Shown here piece after piece: positions 1-11,700 of a stretch of DNA of 64,000 bases. Source of the DNA: Flectonema sp. DT1601. Taxonomy: Eukaryota. Where the stretch lies: positions 930,001-994,000 of the forward strand of contig OZ025784.1 of NCBI GenBank assembly GCA_964019425.1, given 5' to 3'. Under the pieces are notes generated by a model that saw only the letters and a list, made by a program, of their open reading frames with translations, was not told the origin of the DNA and searched no databases. A program made the translations under genes and the position numbers. How positions within the stretch are numbered: position 1 is the stretch's first letter; every line of letters begins with the position of its first letter.

Positions 1-853
1 AACCTCCTTTAGCTTTCATCAAGGTTAACTTGTTTTTATATTACTGTTTTCTCTGTATGGTTTTAAGATAACCTCAAATCTACGTGGGAAAAATTCTCCT
101 GCTTTGGTTTTATGTTCTTTATTCATGTTCTGCACCTTTATTATTTAAAAGAGAGACTTTCCAGTCTCTTTTATTGTTTCTTTCTTTCGTATGTTCGATC
201 ACTTTTCAGTGAATGTGATGTTCTTACGGCAATTGTGTTCATCGTAGGAAAAAAAAAAAAAAATTTCTGTTTATACATCGTCAGATTGTTTCAGACGATC
301 ATTCCAACGGTCATGAATTGTGTTCTCTGTTGTTGTGAATTACTCTCTCAGGGTACTTATAAATATACAGTAACGTTTTTTGGTTTAAAAAGTTGACTTA
401 AAACTTAGCGTTTATTCATGCTGCAGTTTAATATAATTGATGTGCGTTGGTGGGTTGAGGGTGGTAATCAGTTTGTGTTTCTACAGGCGGTTGTGCTCCT
501 CAATTGTGTCCTCTGTTGTTGTTAGTTCTTAGACAACTCGGAGTAATTTAAAGTTAAGAGCTATCCTTTTTGGGGTTTTTCTTTTATTATTTCAGACGAT
601 CATTCTGTTTTCTTTTTTTTTATTTATTTGTGTCATCCAACCTGTTGAGATGTCATAGTTTTGATCTTCTCAAGAAATATTTCAATGATAGAGATCCAAT
701 AAGGTGCAATAAAAAGTTAGCTCAATCAATCCGATGTATTTAGTTACACAGACACACACCCCAATGGATGATTAACCACTTTCGGTAGGACAGATTCCTA
801 TAAAAGTCATTTTACAATAATTCACACTTAAACTCAACAGTTAAATATAAACC

Positions 854-2914
854 ATGAGAGTACTCAGTCTCTTTATATTGTTATCCTTATTGGGTGTTGG
901 TAGTTCACAATGCACGGCTTCGACTCTGATTGTGACGGGAAGCACGACTTACGACTGCAGGATGGATTTGTCGTTGGAAGTAACCCTCCACTGGAACCGT
1001 GTAGCGAGTGGTATGGTTGCTGTTGCGGCCACCACGTCGGTCAACGGATGGTTTTCAGTGTCGTTTCCTAATGCTTTGGGTTCCATGGTGCCTGCTATTG
1101 GTGTCGCATCGACCAGTGCGACGGTTGCGGACATCTTCTCGATTACTGGAAGGTCAGCGGCTGGAATCACTTCAACGACGTCGGCAAACATCAACACCCC
1201 GACGACTGAGATCACGGGTGGCATGCGTATTCTGAGATTCAACGTCCCTTCGACTTTTTTGACGGCTGCCAAGCCAGTAAACTTCGCTTTCCATTCAAAT
1301 GAGATGGCATTTCCCATGAACGTCCATACTTTCCGAGGTACTTTGCTTGTGCATTTCGTAGATGTGACAGTTGCTCCTGCCCCGACTCCATTACCTACTC
1401 CACCACCGACTCCGCTGCCGACTCCACCGCCGCCTCCGCTGCCAACTCCGCCACCAACTCCACCACCGACTCCGCCGCCAACTCCGCTGCCAACTCCGCT
1501 GCCAACTCCGCTGCCAACTCCACCACCAACTCCACCACCGACTCCGCCGCCAACTCCGCCACCAACTCCACCACCGACTCCGCCGCCAACTCCGCTGCCA
1601 ACTCCACCACCAACTCCACCACCGACTCCGCCGCCAACTCCGCCACCAACTCCACCACCGACTCCGCCGCCAACTCCGCTGCCAACTCCACCACCAACTC
1701 CACCACCGACTCCGCCGCCAACTCCGCCACCAACTCCACCACCGACTCCGCTGCCAACTCCACCACCAACTCCACCACCGACTCCGCCGCCAACTCCGCC
1801 GCCAACTCCGCTGCCAACTCCGCCGCCAACTCCACCACCTCCAACTCTGCCACCTACGCCACCTCCAACTTCGCCGCCAACTCCGCTGACGACTCCACCA
1901 CCAACTACATCGGTGGTTCCAACTCCGCCTGCTGTTACTAACGCTCCAACTGATGACACAATTAACTTTGAAGTAGTCGCAGAATTGAGTGATCTGGTTA
2001 GTCAGATTGATACGTTGATAGCTGCCGCTTCCACATCATTAGGTGGTACTGCTCGTTGTAGTATGTTGTGTCAAGGTACTAACTGTGTTAATTGTGATGG
2101 TACTGCTGTTAATCAAAGATCTGTTTCTACACTAGTCAGAGCAAGTTGGAGAGTTGTTTTGATTATAATTAATAATGAAAATGGAAGCATTACGAAAACA
2201 GCTGTCGATAATTCTTTGAAGAATGTCTTGTCAAACAATGCGGTTATTGGATACGTTGAGGGAAGTGTTGCTGTTGTTGTTGCTGCTGCGAATAGTAACT
2301 TCCCACAAGTTGTCGTCGTTAACAGTGACTTTGACGATGCTCACACTCACGGAAGGATCATGGTGGCAATATGGGCGTACTGGGTTCCTTTGGCAGTTAT
2401 TATCAAGGTTCTTGGAGCTTTTGTGTGTAAGGGAGAAGTGTTTGGGTATCCAATACCAGTATTCATTCACATGGTCATGATGATTATTGCAATGTGTTTA
2501 ACTACTGTTTTCGCTTCTATTGCCTTGTCAGACTTTGACAACAGAGTGGACTATGGACATAGAGAACTTGGTGTTACTTTGTTAGCGATTGGTTGGATTC
2601 AAATTTTGAGTGGTATCATAAGGCCAAGCAAGGAATCTGGATACAGAAAGTACTGGGGATGGGGACACGTTCTGTTTGGTATTTCAGTTGTGGTAATTTC
2701 AATCGCTCAAATGGCGACTGGAGTTGAAAATATTAATCGTCTATTCACAAATGACTCGGAGGGGGTTAAGATTGCGATGATCGTTGGAGTGGTCACCATG
2801 GGTGTTATTTATATTATTGGGAAAATCTACGTCGCTGTTACGAAAAAGGAGGAGATTTCAATTGTGGAAGACACTAACGGAGCTAAACGCTGTGAGCCTG
2901 ATGAAGGAATGTAA
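854..2914 (+). CDS. DOMON-cytochrome b561 (CYBDOM/ferric-chelate reductase-like) protein, paralogue 1: signal peptide, 1 DOMON, long Pro/Thr stalk, Cys-containing SEA-like domain, cytochrome b561
   Basis: 686 aa ORF with a hydrophobic N-terminus. DOMON-like motifs GWFSVSFP..GSM and ..HTFRG. The C-terminal hydrophobic helices carry four spaced His (HTHGRIM, FIHMV, GHRELG, WGHVLFG), as in b561. Confidence 0.85.
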   Translation: MRVLSLFILLSLLGVGSSQCTASTLIVTGSTTYDCRMDLSLEVTLHWNRVASGMVAVAATTSVNGWFSVSFPNALGSMVPAIGVASTSATVADIFSITGRSAAGITSTTSANINTPTTEITGGMRILRFNVPSTFLTAAKPVNFAFHSNEMAFPMNVHTFRGTLLVHFVDVTVAPAPTPLPTPPPTPLPTPPPPPLPTPPPTPPPTPPPTPLPTPLPTPLPTPPPTPPPTPPPTPPPTPPPTPPPTPLPTPPPTPPPTPPPTPPPTPPPTPPPTPLPTPPPTPPPTPPPTPPPTPPPTPLPTPPPTPPPTPPPTPPPTPLPTPPPTPPPPTLPPTPPPTSPPTPLTTPPPTTSVVPTPPAVTNAPTDDTINFEVVAELSDLVSQIDTLIAAASTSLGGTARCSMLCQGTNCVNCDGTAVNQRSVSTLVRASWRVVLIIINNENGSITKTAVDNSLKNVLSNNAVIGYVEGSVAVVVAAANSNFPQVVVVNSDFDDAHTHGRIMVAIWAYWVPLAVIIKVLGAFVCKGEVFGYPIPVFIHMVMMIIAMCLTTVFASIALSDFDNRVDYGHRELGVTLLAIGWIQILSGIIRPSKESGYRKYWGWGHVLFGISVVVISIAQMATGVENINRLFTNDSEGVKIAMIVGVVTMGVIYIIGKIYVAVTKKEEISIVEDTNGAKRCEPDEGM
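1381..1925 (+). repeat. Coding 12-bp minisatellite (TPPP/TPLP)n, mucin-like stalk of paralogue 1
   Basis: Tandem actcc(a/g)c(c/t)(a/g)cc(a/g) units are directly visible. Confidence 0.95.
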
Positions 2915-3057
2915 ACATAAAAAGAAGGCTATCCTCACATTGAATAATCAGCTGTGGGCGAGTCTTTTGTCAAGTCAGCGCGTATAGCATGAATTAACAA
3001 AGATAAATTATTGCTTTTTTTTTTTTTTTTTAATTATTTTATTTACTACAATTTGAA

Positions 3058-3245
3058 ATCATTAATGACCAAATTCCACGGATAGAGTGAAAGTCCCCAA
3101 CAGTGTTTTTGTTCTTAACAAACAGAAGCACCTGCTGGTTTCAGTCTTTCACTCGTTTTTAGTTCCCGTGTATTGAGTTAATGATCAACGTTGTTTTTTG
3201 TGTTGTTTGTTTTTTGACGAGGGATCCACCCCGTCGAATAAGAAC
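3058..3245 (+). promoter_or_regulatory. Conserved structured element A downstream of CYBDOM gene 1 (long stem-loop plus short hairpin)
   Basis: Nested complementary pairs atcattaa/ttaatgat, cacgg/ccgtg and gagtgaaag/ctttcactc, then tttgacg..cgtcgaa. Homologues at 13498, 25892 and 41276. Confidence 0.5.
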
Positions 3246-3733
3246 TACACTCTTCCTCTCTCTCTCTTTATCTCTCTTCTTATTTTCATCTTGTTAAACA
3301 TAAAATTAATTTCTGAAGATGATTTTTTGATGAAATCGTAATAAAAATAATTTGTTAAAAACATATCAAATAATTGACGTATTCTTAACTATAGATATGG
3401 ACGTGAAGGAAGGGTATCGTTTTTGGATTTCTTTTTTTTTTTTTTCAATTTCAAAAAAACTAGCAAATCCATTGTTCCTTCATTTCCTTTCATATCCCTC
3501 TCCCTTATCCTTCCTTTTTATGAGCACAAGCATTTCCTTGAATCAGAGGAGATAGTCTTCATTCGTTGAAGGAGAAAAAGAAAGAATATAAATATAAATA
3601 TAAAAGATAAGTCTAGTCTTAGTTCTGAAGATGAAATTCGCAGGGCAAAAATATATATTTTGGACCTACTTTGATACTTAATGAAAACACTTGTACAACA
3701 CTTTCTTTATATGAAGTCACAACTTATGATGAA

Positions 3734-4169
3734 TTATGAGCTATCTGAGCCACATGAAGTGATATCATCATCATCATCATCATAGCTAGTGATGATGGAA
3801 GACTTCTCATACTCGGAAGAAGTGCTGTCTGACTCCTCAGTAGTGCTATCTGACCCCTCGGAGGTACTACTTGGCGGGTGAGATTTGACTATTTTATATC
3901 CAACAGATCCCTGTATTGTATGGTTCTGATGCCTCGGACATCCACCATTCGGTGATATCCTGAGTGAGGCTCCGGTTTCCTGATTTACACGAGGGAGTAG
4001 TTGATCATAGTGACACGTGACTCAGAAGTAACATTCTCAGCACGTCGAACCAATGTTTTGACAACTACTTCAGGGAAGCTTCTAACAAGTGGGCCATTAT
4101 CACCACAGATGCAACATTTTCCTTACATAATTGCTACTAGGGTTGATTAGTTAGTAAAAAGGTGCATAC
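3734..4169 (-). pseudogene. Possible degraded opposite-strand gene or element remnant ending in an acidic Ser/Asp tail
   Basis: Stop-free 95-codon frame 4021->3734 without a start codon (...PPSSTSEGSDSTTEESDSTSSEYEKSSIITSYDDDDDDITSCGSDSS*). An intron-like 33 nt GTATGC..TACTAAC..CTAG lies at 4169->4137. The intervening frames contain stops. Confidence 0.3.
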
Positions 4170-5716
4170 CTCTTGAGTGCGGGAGAAGCAAAAAAAAATA
4201 GTAAAAAGAAAAAATTAGGGGTGTTTTTTACTCAGATTTTCTCGATCTTTCCATTCCAGGTCTGGGATTAATATTTATCATTGAGTAGTACCAAGGAAAT
4301 CTTGCAAAGAGACGTTTATCTCTTTTTAGCAGCACCATGTTTAAAATCCGTTGTTGTTGAAGTTTCCGCTTCAGGGTATTTTTGTGAGGAAGAAACTAAT
4401 CACACACATCGAAAGGAAGACAAGTTTCTCGCTACTGGGTTCTGATGTGAAGGAATATGTTATGGAACTTATTGATAACGCTTATAAAGCTACCGATTTA
4501 AATGTTGTTATTGACGACCTTTCTATAGTTAATGTGCTGGTCAATCCTGATTGGTCGGAATCCAAGCTTTCTAAGTTCCTCTCTCGCTTGAGTCGCCTCC
4601 TGCGAAGTAATCCCCGAGGTAGATAATGAACGTCTCTTTCCTTTAGTGTAATTTCTTATCTTATTTATTAGTATCATTTCTCTTACTTATCATTACCTTA
4701 TTTCTTATTTTCTGATCTAATGTGGCGTGTTCTCCCTCTCTTTGGCGAAAATTGGCGTTATCAGCCGTCTCTAACACTGTCTGCTCGCGTGGACGGTGGG
4801 TTTAGGTAGTCATTTGTTCCAGGTTATTCTACGTCTCTTATCGTCTGTGAGAGTCTCACGGTTGCTGGTAGCGATATAACTGTTACTCTGTGAGCTTTTC
4901 CTGGCTTTTGGCTTCCTAGGCTTCGTAAATAAATAAATAAAATAAATAAAAGTATATCCCTATGCCTAATCTTACAGATCGCACCCTCCCCAATTCCAAA
5001 AAATAAAAAATCGAGCAAAAGTAACATATCGTGTAACCTTGCTCTGGCGGTGAGAAAATGGTGTTTTTTGTTCGCAAAAAAAAGAAATGACTGATATATT
5101 ATATTTTATTGTACCTCCCTGTTCGTAGTCGTTTTTTAGTATTATATTTTGTTTTCAATAACAACGTAGTGAAAACAAGTTGTTTTCCTCTTCTCGTATT
5201 CTTTTCTCCTCTCTCTCACTCTCTCTCTCTCTTTTCTTCATCTTCTCATCCTTTTACACGCAGAAACATATCCTTCATTGGGGGTAAGTGTTTTTCGAGC
5301 GTCTATATTTCTTGGAGTCATTTTTTCATTAAATATAAATTTAAAAATTCCAACATGATTAATTTATTCTCACTTTTCCAGCAAAGCATGCATTCGACAT
5401 TCGAAGTGATTACCTCAGTATGCCAACAGTGCAGCGTATTTAGCAGGACTTCCTTTTAATTTGATTAGGATACCTCACTGCTATAGTTGTAAAGTACCTC
5501 TTTAAGACTTACATGCTTTCGACAATATTTTGAATCTGTCTCTCTCTTTACGTGACTCGTCTGGTCTTTCTGCTCTCGATATCTACTTCTCGTTGACATC
5601 TTGAGTTCATATTTCTTAGATACTCACGCCCTTAGTTCAATTCGGAAGTTAACTTAAATTACTTTCCATTAAATCACTTTATTATAATTCACATCCTCAA
5701 CAGTTATATTTAAACT

Positions 5717-8700
5717 ATGAGATTACTCAGTCTCTTTATATTGTTATCTAATTATGCGGACGTTATAGCAGCTCCTGTCCCTGCTCCTGTTCCACCTTGC
5801 ACGGCTTCAACTCTGGTTGTGACGGGAAGCACGACTTACGACTGCATGATGACATTGGCACCGACTGTAAACATCCATTGGAACCGTGAAACGAGCGGAA
5901 TGGCTGCGGTTGCGGCGACGACGACGTCGGTCAACGGATGGTTTTCAGTGGCGTTTCCTGATGCTTTGGGTTCGATGATCCCTGCTGTTGGTGTCTCATC
6001 GACCAGTGCGACGGTTGCGGACGTCTTCTCGATTACCGCAAGGAATGCGGGTGGAATCACTTCAACGACGTCGGCAAACATCAACACCCCGACGACTGGG
6101 ATCACGGGTGGCCTGCGTATTCTGAGATTCAACGTCCCTTTTGCATTTTTGACAGCTGCCAAGCCGGTGAACTACGCTCTGCATGCGAGTGAAATGGCGT
6201 TTCCGATGAGCAAACATACCTCAGTAGGAAGTGTGGCAGTGAATTTCTTGGCTCCTGTCCCTGCTCCTGTTCCACCTTGCACGGCTTCAACTCTGGTTGT
6301 GACGGGAAGCACGACTTACGACTGCATGATGGCATTGGCACCGACTGTAAACATCCATTGGAACCGTGAAACGAGCGGAATGGCTGCGGTTGCGGCGACG
6401 ACGACGTCGGTCAACGGATGGTTTTCAGTGGCGTTTCCTGATGCTTTGGGTTCGATGATCCCTGCTGTTGGTGTCTCATCGACCAGTGCGACGGTTGCGG
6501 ACGTCTTCTCGATTACCGCAAGGAATGCGGGTGGAATCACTTCAACGACGTCGGCAAACATCAACACCCCGACGACTGAGATCACGGGTGGCCTGCGTAT
6601 TCTGAGATTCAACGTCCCTTTTGCATTTTTGACAGCTGCCAAGCCGGTGAACTACGCTCTGCATGCGAGTGAAATGGCGTTTCCGATGAGCAAACATACC
6701 TCAGTAGGAAGTGTGGCAGTGAATTTCTTGGCTCCTGTCCCTGCTCCTGTTCCACCTTGCACGGCTTCAACTCTGGTTGTGACGGGAAGCACGACTTACG
6801 ACTGCATGATGGCATTGGCACCGACTGTAAACATCCATTGGAACCGTGAAACGAGCGGAATGGCTGCGGTTGCGGCGACGACGACGTCGGTCAACGGATG
6901 GTTTTCAGTGGCGTTTCCTGATGCTTTGGGTTCGATGATCCCTGCTGTTGGTGTCTCATCGACCAGTGCGACGGTTGCGGACGTCTTCTCGATTACCGCA
7001 AGGAATGCGGGTGGAATCACTTCAACGACGTCGGCAAACATCAACACCCCGACGACTGAGATCACAGGTGGCCTGCGTATTCTGAGATTCAACGTCCCTT
7101 TTGCATTTTTGACAGCTGCCAAGCCGGTGAACTACGCTCTGCATGCGAGTGAAATGGCGTTTCCGATGAGCAAACATACCTCAGTAGGAAGTGTGGCAGT
7201 GAATTTCTTGGCTCCTGTCCCTGCTCCTGTTCCACCTTGCACGGCTTCAACTCTGGTTGTGACGGGAAGCACGACTTACGACTGCATGATGGCATTGGCA
7301 CCGACTGTAAACATCCATTGGAACCGTGAAACGAGCGGAATGGCTGCGGTTGCGGCGACGACGACGTCGGTCAACGGATGGTTTTCAGTGGCGTTTCCTG
7401 ATGCTTTGGGTTCGATGATCCCTGCTGTTGGTGTCTCATCGACCAGTGCGACGGTTGCGGACGTCTTCTCGATTACCGCAAGGAATGCGGGTGGAATCAC
7501 TTCAACGACGTCGGCAAACATCAACACCCCGACGACTGAGATCACGGGTGGCCTGCGTATTCTGAGATTCAACGTCCCTTTTGCATTTTTGACAGCTGCC
7601 AAGCCGGTGAACTACGCTCTGCATGCGAGTGAAATGGCGTTTCCGATGAGCAAACATACCTCAGTAGGAAGTGTGGCAGTGAATTTCTTGGCTCCTGTCC
7701 CTGCTCCTGTTCCACCTTGCACGGCTTCAACTCTGGTTGTGACGGGAAGCACGACTTACGACTGCATGATGGCATTGGCACCGACTGTAAACATCCATTG
7801 GAACCGTGAAACGAGCGGAATGGCTGCGGTTGCGGCGACGACGACGTCGGTCAACGGATGGTTTTCAGTGGCGTTTCCTGATGCTTTGGGTTCGATGATC
7901 CCTGCTGTTGGTGTCTCATCGACCAGTGCGACGGTTGCGGACGTCTTCTCGATTACCGCAAGGAATGCGGGTGGAATCACTTCAACGACGTCGGCAAACA
8001 TCAACACCCCGACGACTGAGATCACGGGTGGCCTGCGTATTCTGAGATTCAACGTCCCTTTTGCATTTTTGACAGCTGCCAAGCCGGTGAACTACGCTCT
8101 GCATGCGAGTGAAATGGCGTTTCCGATGAGCAAACATACCTCAGTAGGAAGTGTGGCAGTGAATTTCTTGGCTCCTGTCCCTGCTCCTGTTCCACCTTGC
8201 ACGGCTTCAACTCTGGTTGTGACGGGAAGCACGACTTACGACTGCATGATGGCATTGGCACCGACTGTAAACATCCATTGGAACCGTGAAACGAGCGGAA
8301 TGGCTGCGGTTGCGGCGACGACGACGTCGGTCAACGGATGGTTTTCAGTGGCGTTTCCTGATGCTTTGGGTTCGATGATCCCTGCTGTTGGTGTCTCATC
8401 GACCAGTGCGACGGTTGCGGACGTCTTCTCGATTACTGCAAGGAATGCGGGTGGAATCACTTCAACGACGTCGGCAAACATCAACACCCCGACGACTGAG
8501 ATCACAGGTGGCCTGCGTATTCTGAGATTCAACGTCCCTTTTGCATTTTTGACAGCTGCCAAGCCGGTGAACTACGCTCTGCATGCGAGTGAAATGGCGT
8601 TTCCGATGAGCAAACATACCTCAGTAGGAAGTGTGGCAGTGAATTTCTTGGCTCCTGTCCCTGCTCCTGTTCCACCTTGCACGGCTTCAACTCTGGTTGT

Positions 8701-11700
8701 GACGGGAAGCACGACTTACGACTGCATGATGGCATTGGCACCGACTGTAAACATCCATTGGAACCGTGAAACGAGCGGAATGGCTGCGGTTGCGGCGACG
8801 ACGACGTCGGTCAACGGATGGTTTTCAGTGGCGTTTCCTGATGCTTTGGGTTCGATGATCCCTGCTGTTGGTGTCTCATCGACCAGTGCGACGGTTGCGG
8901 ACGTCTTCTCGATTACCGCAAGGAATGCGGGTGGAATCACTTCAACGACGTCGGCAAACATCAACACCCCGACGACTGAGATCACGGGTGGCCTGCGTAT
9001 TCTGAGATTCAACGTCCCTTTTGCATTTTTGACAGCTGCCCAGCCGGTGAACTACGCTCTGCATGCGAGTGAAATGGCGTTTCCGATGAGCAAACATACC
9101 TCAGTAGGAAGTGTGGCAGTGAATTTCTTGGCTCCTGTCCCTGCTCCTGTTCCACCTTGCACGGCTTCAACTCTGGTTGTGACGGGAAGCACGACTTACG
9201 ACTGCATGATGGCATTGGCACCGACTGTAAACATCCATTGGAACCGTGAAACGAGCGGAATGGCTGCGGTTGCGGCGACGACGACGTCGGTCAACGGATG
9301 GTTTTCAGTGGCGTTTCCTGATGCTTTGGGTTCGATGATCCCTGCTGTTGGTGTCTCATCGACCAGTGCGACGGTTGCGGACGTCTTCTCGATTACCGCA
9401 AGGAATGCGGGTGGAATCACTTCAACGACGTCGGCAAACATCAACACCCCGACGACTGAGATCACGGGTGGCCTGCGTATTCTGAGATTCAACGTCCCTT
9501 TTGCATTTTTGACAGCTGCCAAGCCGGTGAACTACGCTCTGCATGCGAGTGAAATGGCGTTTCCGATGAGCAAACATACCTCAGTAGGAAGTGTGGCAGT
9601 GAATTTCTTGGCTCCTGTCCCTGCTCCTGTTCCACCTTGCACGGCTTCAACTCTGGTTGTGACGGGAAGCACGACTTACGACTGCATGATGGCATTGGCA
9701 CCGACTGTAAACATCCATTGGAACCGTGAAACGAGCGGAATGGCTGCGGTTGCGGCGACGACGACGTCGGTCAACGGATGGTTTTCAGTGGCGTTTCCTG
9801 ATGCTTTGGGTTCGATGATCCCTGCTGTTGGTGTCTCATCGACCAGTGCGACGGTTGCGGACGTCTTCTCGATTACCGCAAGGAATGCGGGTGGAATCAC
9901 TTCAACGACGTCGGCAAACATCAACACCCCGACGACTGAGATCACGGGTGGCCTGCGTATTCTGAGATTCAACGTCCCTTTTGCATTTTTGACAGCTGCC
10001 AAGCCGGTGAACTACGCTCTGCATGCGAGTGAAATGGCGTTTCCGATGAGCAAACATACCTCAGTAGGAAGTGTGGCAGTGAATTTCTTGGCTCCTGTCC
10101 CTGCTCCTGTTCCACCTTGCACGGCTTCAACTCTGGTTGTGACGGGAAGCACGACTTACGACTGCATGATGGCATTGGCACCGACTGTAAACATCCATTG
10201 GAACCGTGAAACGAGCGGAATGGCTGCGGTTGCGGCGACGACGACGTCGGTCAACGGATGGTTTTCAGTGGCGTTTCCTGATGCTTTGGGTTCGATGATC
10301 CCTGCTGTTGGTGTCTCATCGACCAGTGCGACGGTTGCGGACGTCTTCTCGATTACCGCAAGGAATGCGGGTGGAATCACTTCAACGACGTCGGCAAACA
10401 TCAACACCCCGACGACTGAGATCACGGGTGGCCTGCGTATTCTGAGATTCAACGTCCCTTTTGCATTTTTGACAGCTGCCAAGCCGGTGAACTACGCTCT
10501 GCATGCGAGTGAAATGGCGTTTCCGATGAGCAAACATACCTCAGTAGGAAGTGTGGCAGTGAATTTCTTGGCTCCTGTCCCTGCTCCTGTTCCACCTTGC
10601 ACGGCTTCAACTCTGGTTGTGACGGGAAGCACGACTTACGACTGCATGATGGCATTGGCACCGACTGTAAACATCCATTGGAACCGTGAAACGAGCGGAA
10701 TGGCTGCGGTTGCGGCGACGACGACGTCGGTCAACGGATGGTTTTCAGTGGCGTTTCCTGATGCTTTGGGTTCGATGATCCCTGCTGTTGGTGTCTCATC
10801 GACCAGTGCGACGGTTGCGGACGTCTTCTCGATTACTGCAAGGAATGCGGGTGGAATCACTTCAACGACGTCGGCAAACATCAACACCCCAACGACTGAG
10901 ATCACAGGTGGCCTGCGTATTCTGAGATTCAACGTCCCTTTTGCATTTTTGACAGCTGCCAAGCCGGTGAACTACGCTCTGCATGCGAGTGAAATGGCGT
11001 TTCCGATGAGCAAACATACCTCAGTAGGAAGTGTGGCAGTGAATTTCTTGGCTCCTGTCCCTGCTCCTGTTCCACCTTGCACGGCTTCAACTCTGGTTGT
11101 GACGGGAAGCACGACTTACGACTGCATGATGGCATTGGCACCGACTGTAAACATCCATTGGAACCGTGAAACGAGCGGAATGGCTGCGGTTGCGGCGACG
11201 ACGACGTCGGTCAACGGATGGTTTTCAGTGGCGTTTCCTGATGCTTTGGGTTCGATGATCCCTGCTGTTGGTGTCTCATCGACCAGTGCGACGGTTGCGG
11301 ACGTCTTCTCGATTACCGCAAGGAATGCGGGTGGAATCACTTCAACGACGTCGGCAAACATCAACACCCCGACGACTGAGATCACGGGTGGCCTGCGTAT
11401 TCTGAGATTCAACGTCCCTTTTGCATTTTTGACAGCTGCCAAGCCGGTGAACTACGCTCTGCATGCGAGTGAAATGGCGTTTCCGATGAGCAAACATACC
11501 TCAGTAGGAAGTGTGGCAGTGAATTTCTTGGCTCCTGTCCCAAGTATGCCAGCAACTCCACCACCAACTCCACCACCAACACCACTACCGACTCCACCGC
11601 CAACTCCGCCGCCAACTCCGCCGCCTACTCCACCGCCAACACCGCCACCAACTCCACCACCTACTCCGCCTCCTGTTACGAGCCCTCCAGCTGATGACAC

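Noticed and set aside
225..610. Weak direct repeats (aattgtgt.ctctgttgttg, tttcagacgatcattc)
   Set aside because: Too degenerate and short to assign any function.
3058..3190. Element A as a SECIS with UGA read-through
   Set aside because: The AUGA/GA core is not conserved across copies, there is no internal in-frame TGA, and genes 1 and 2 end in TAA.
4351..4626. 91-aa + strand ORF
   Set aside because: TTG start, no recognisable motif, and it overlaps a region with a possible minus-strand remnant.
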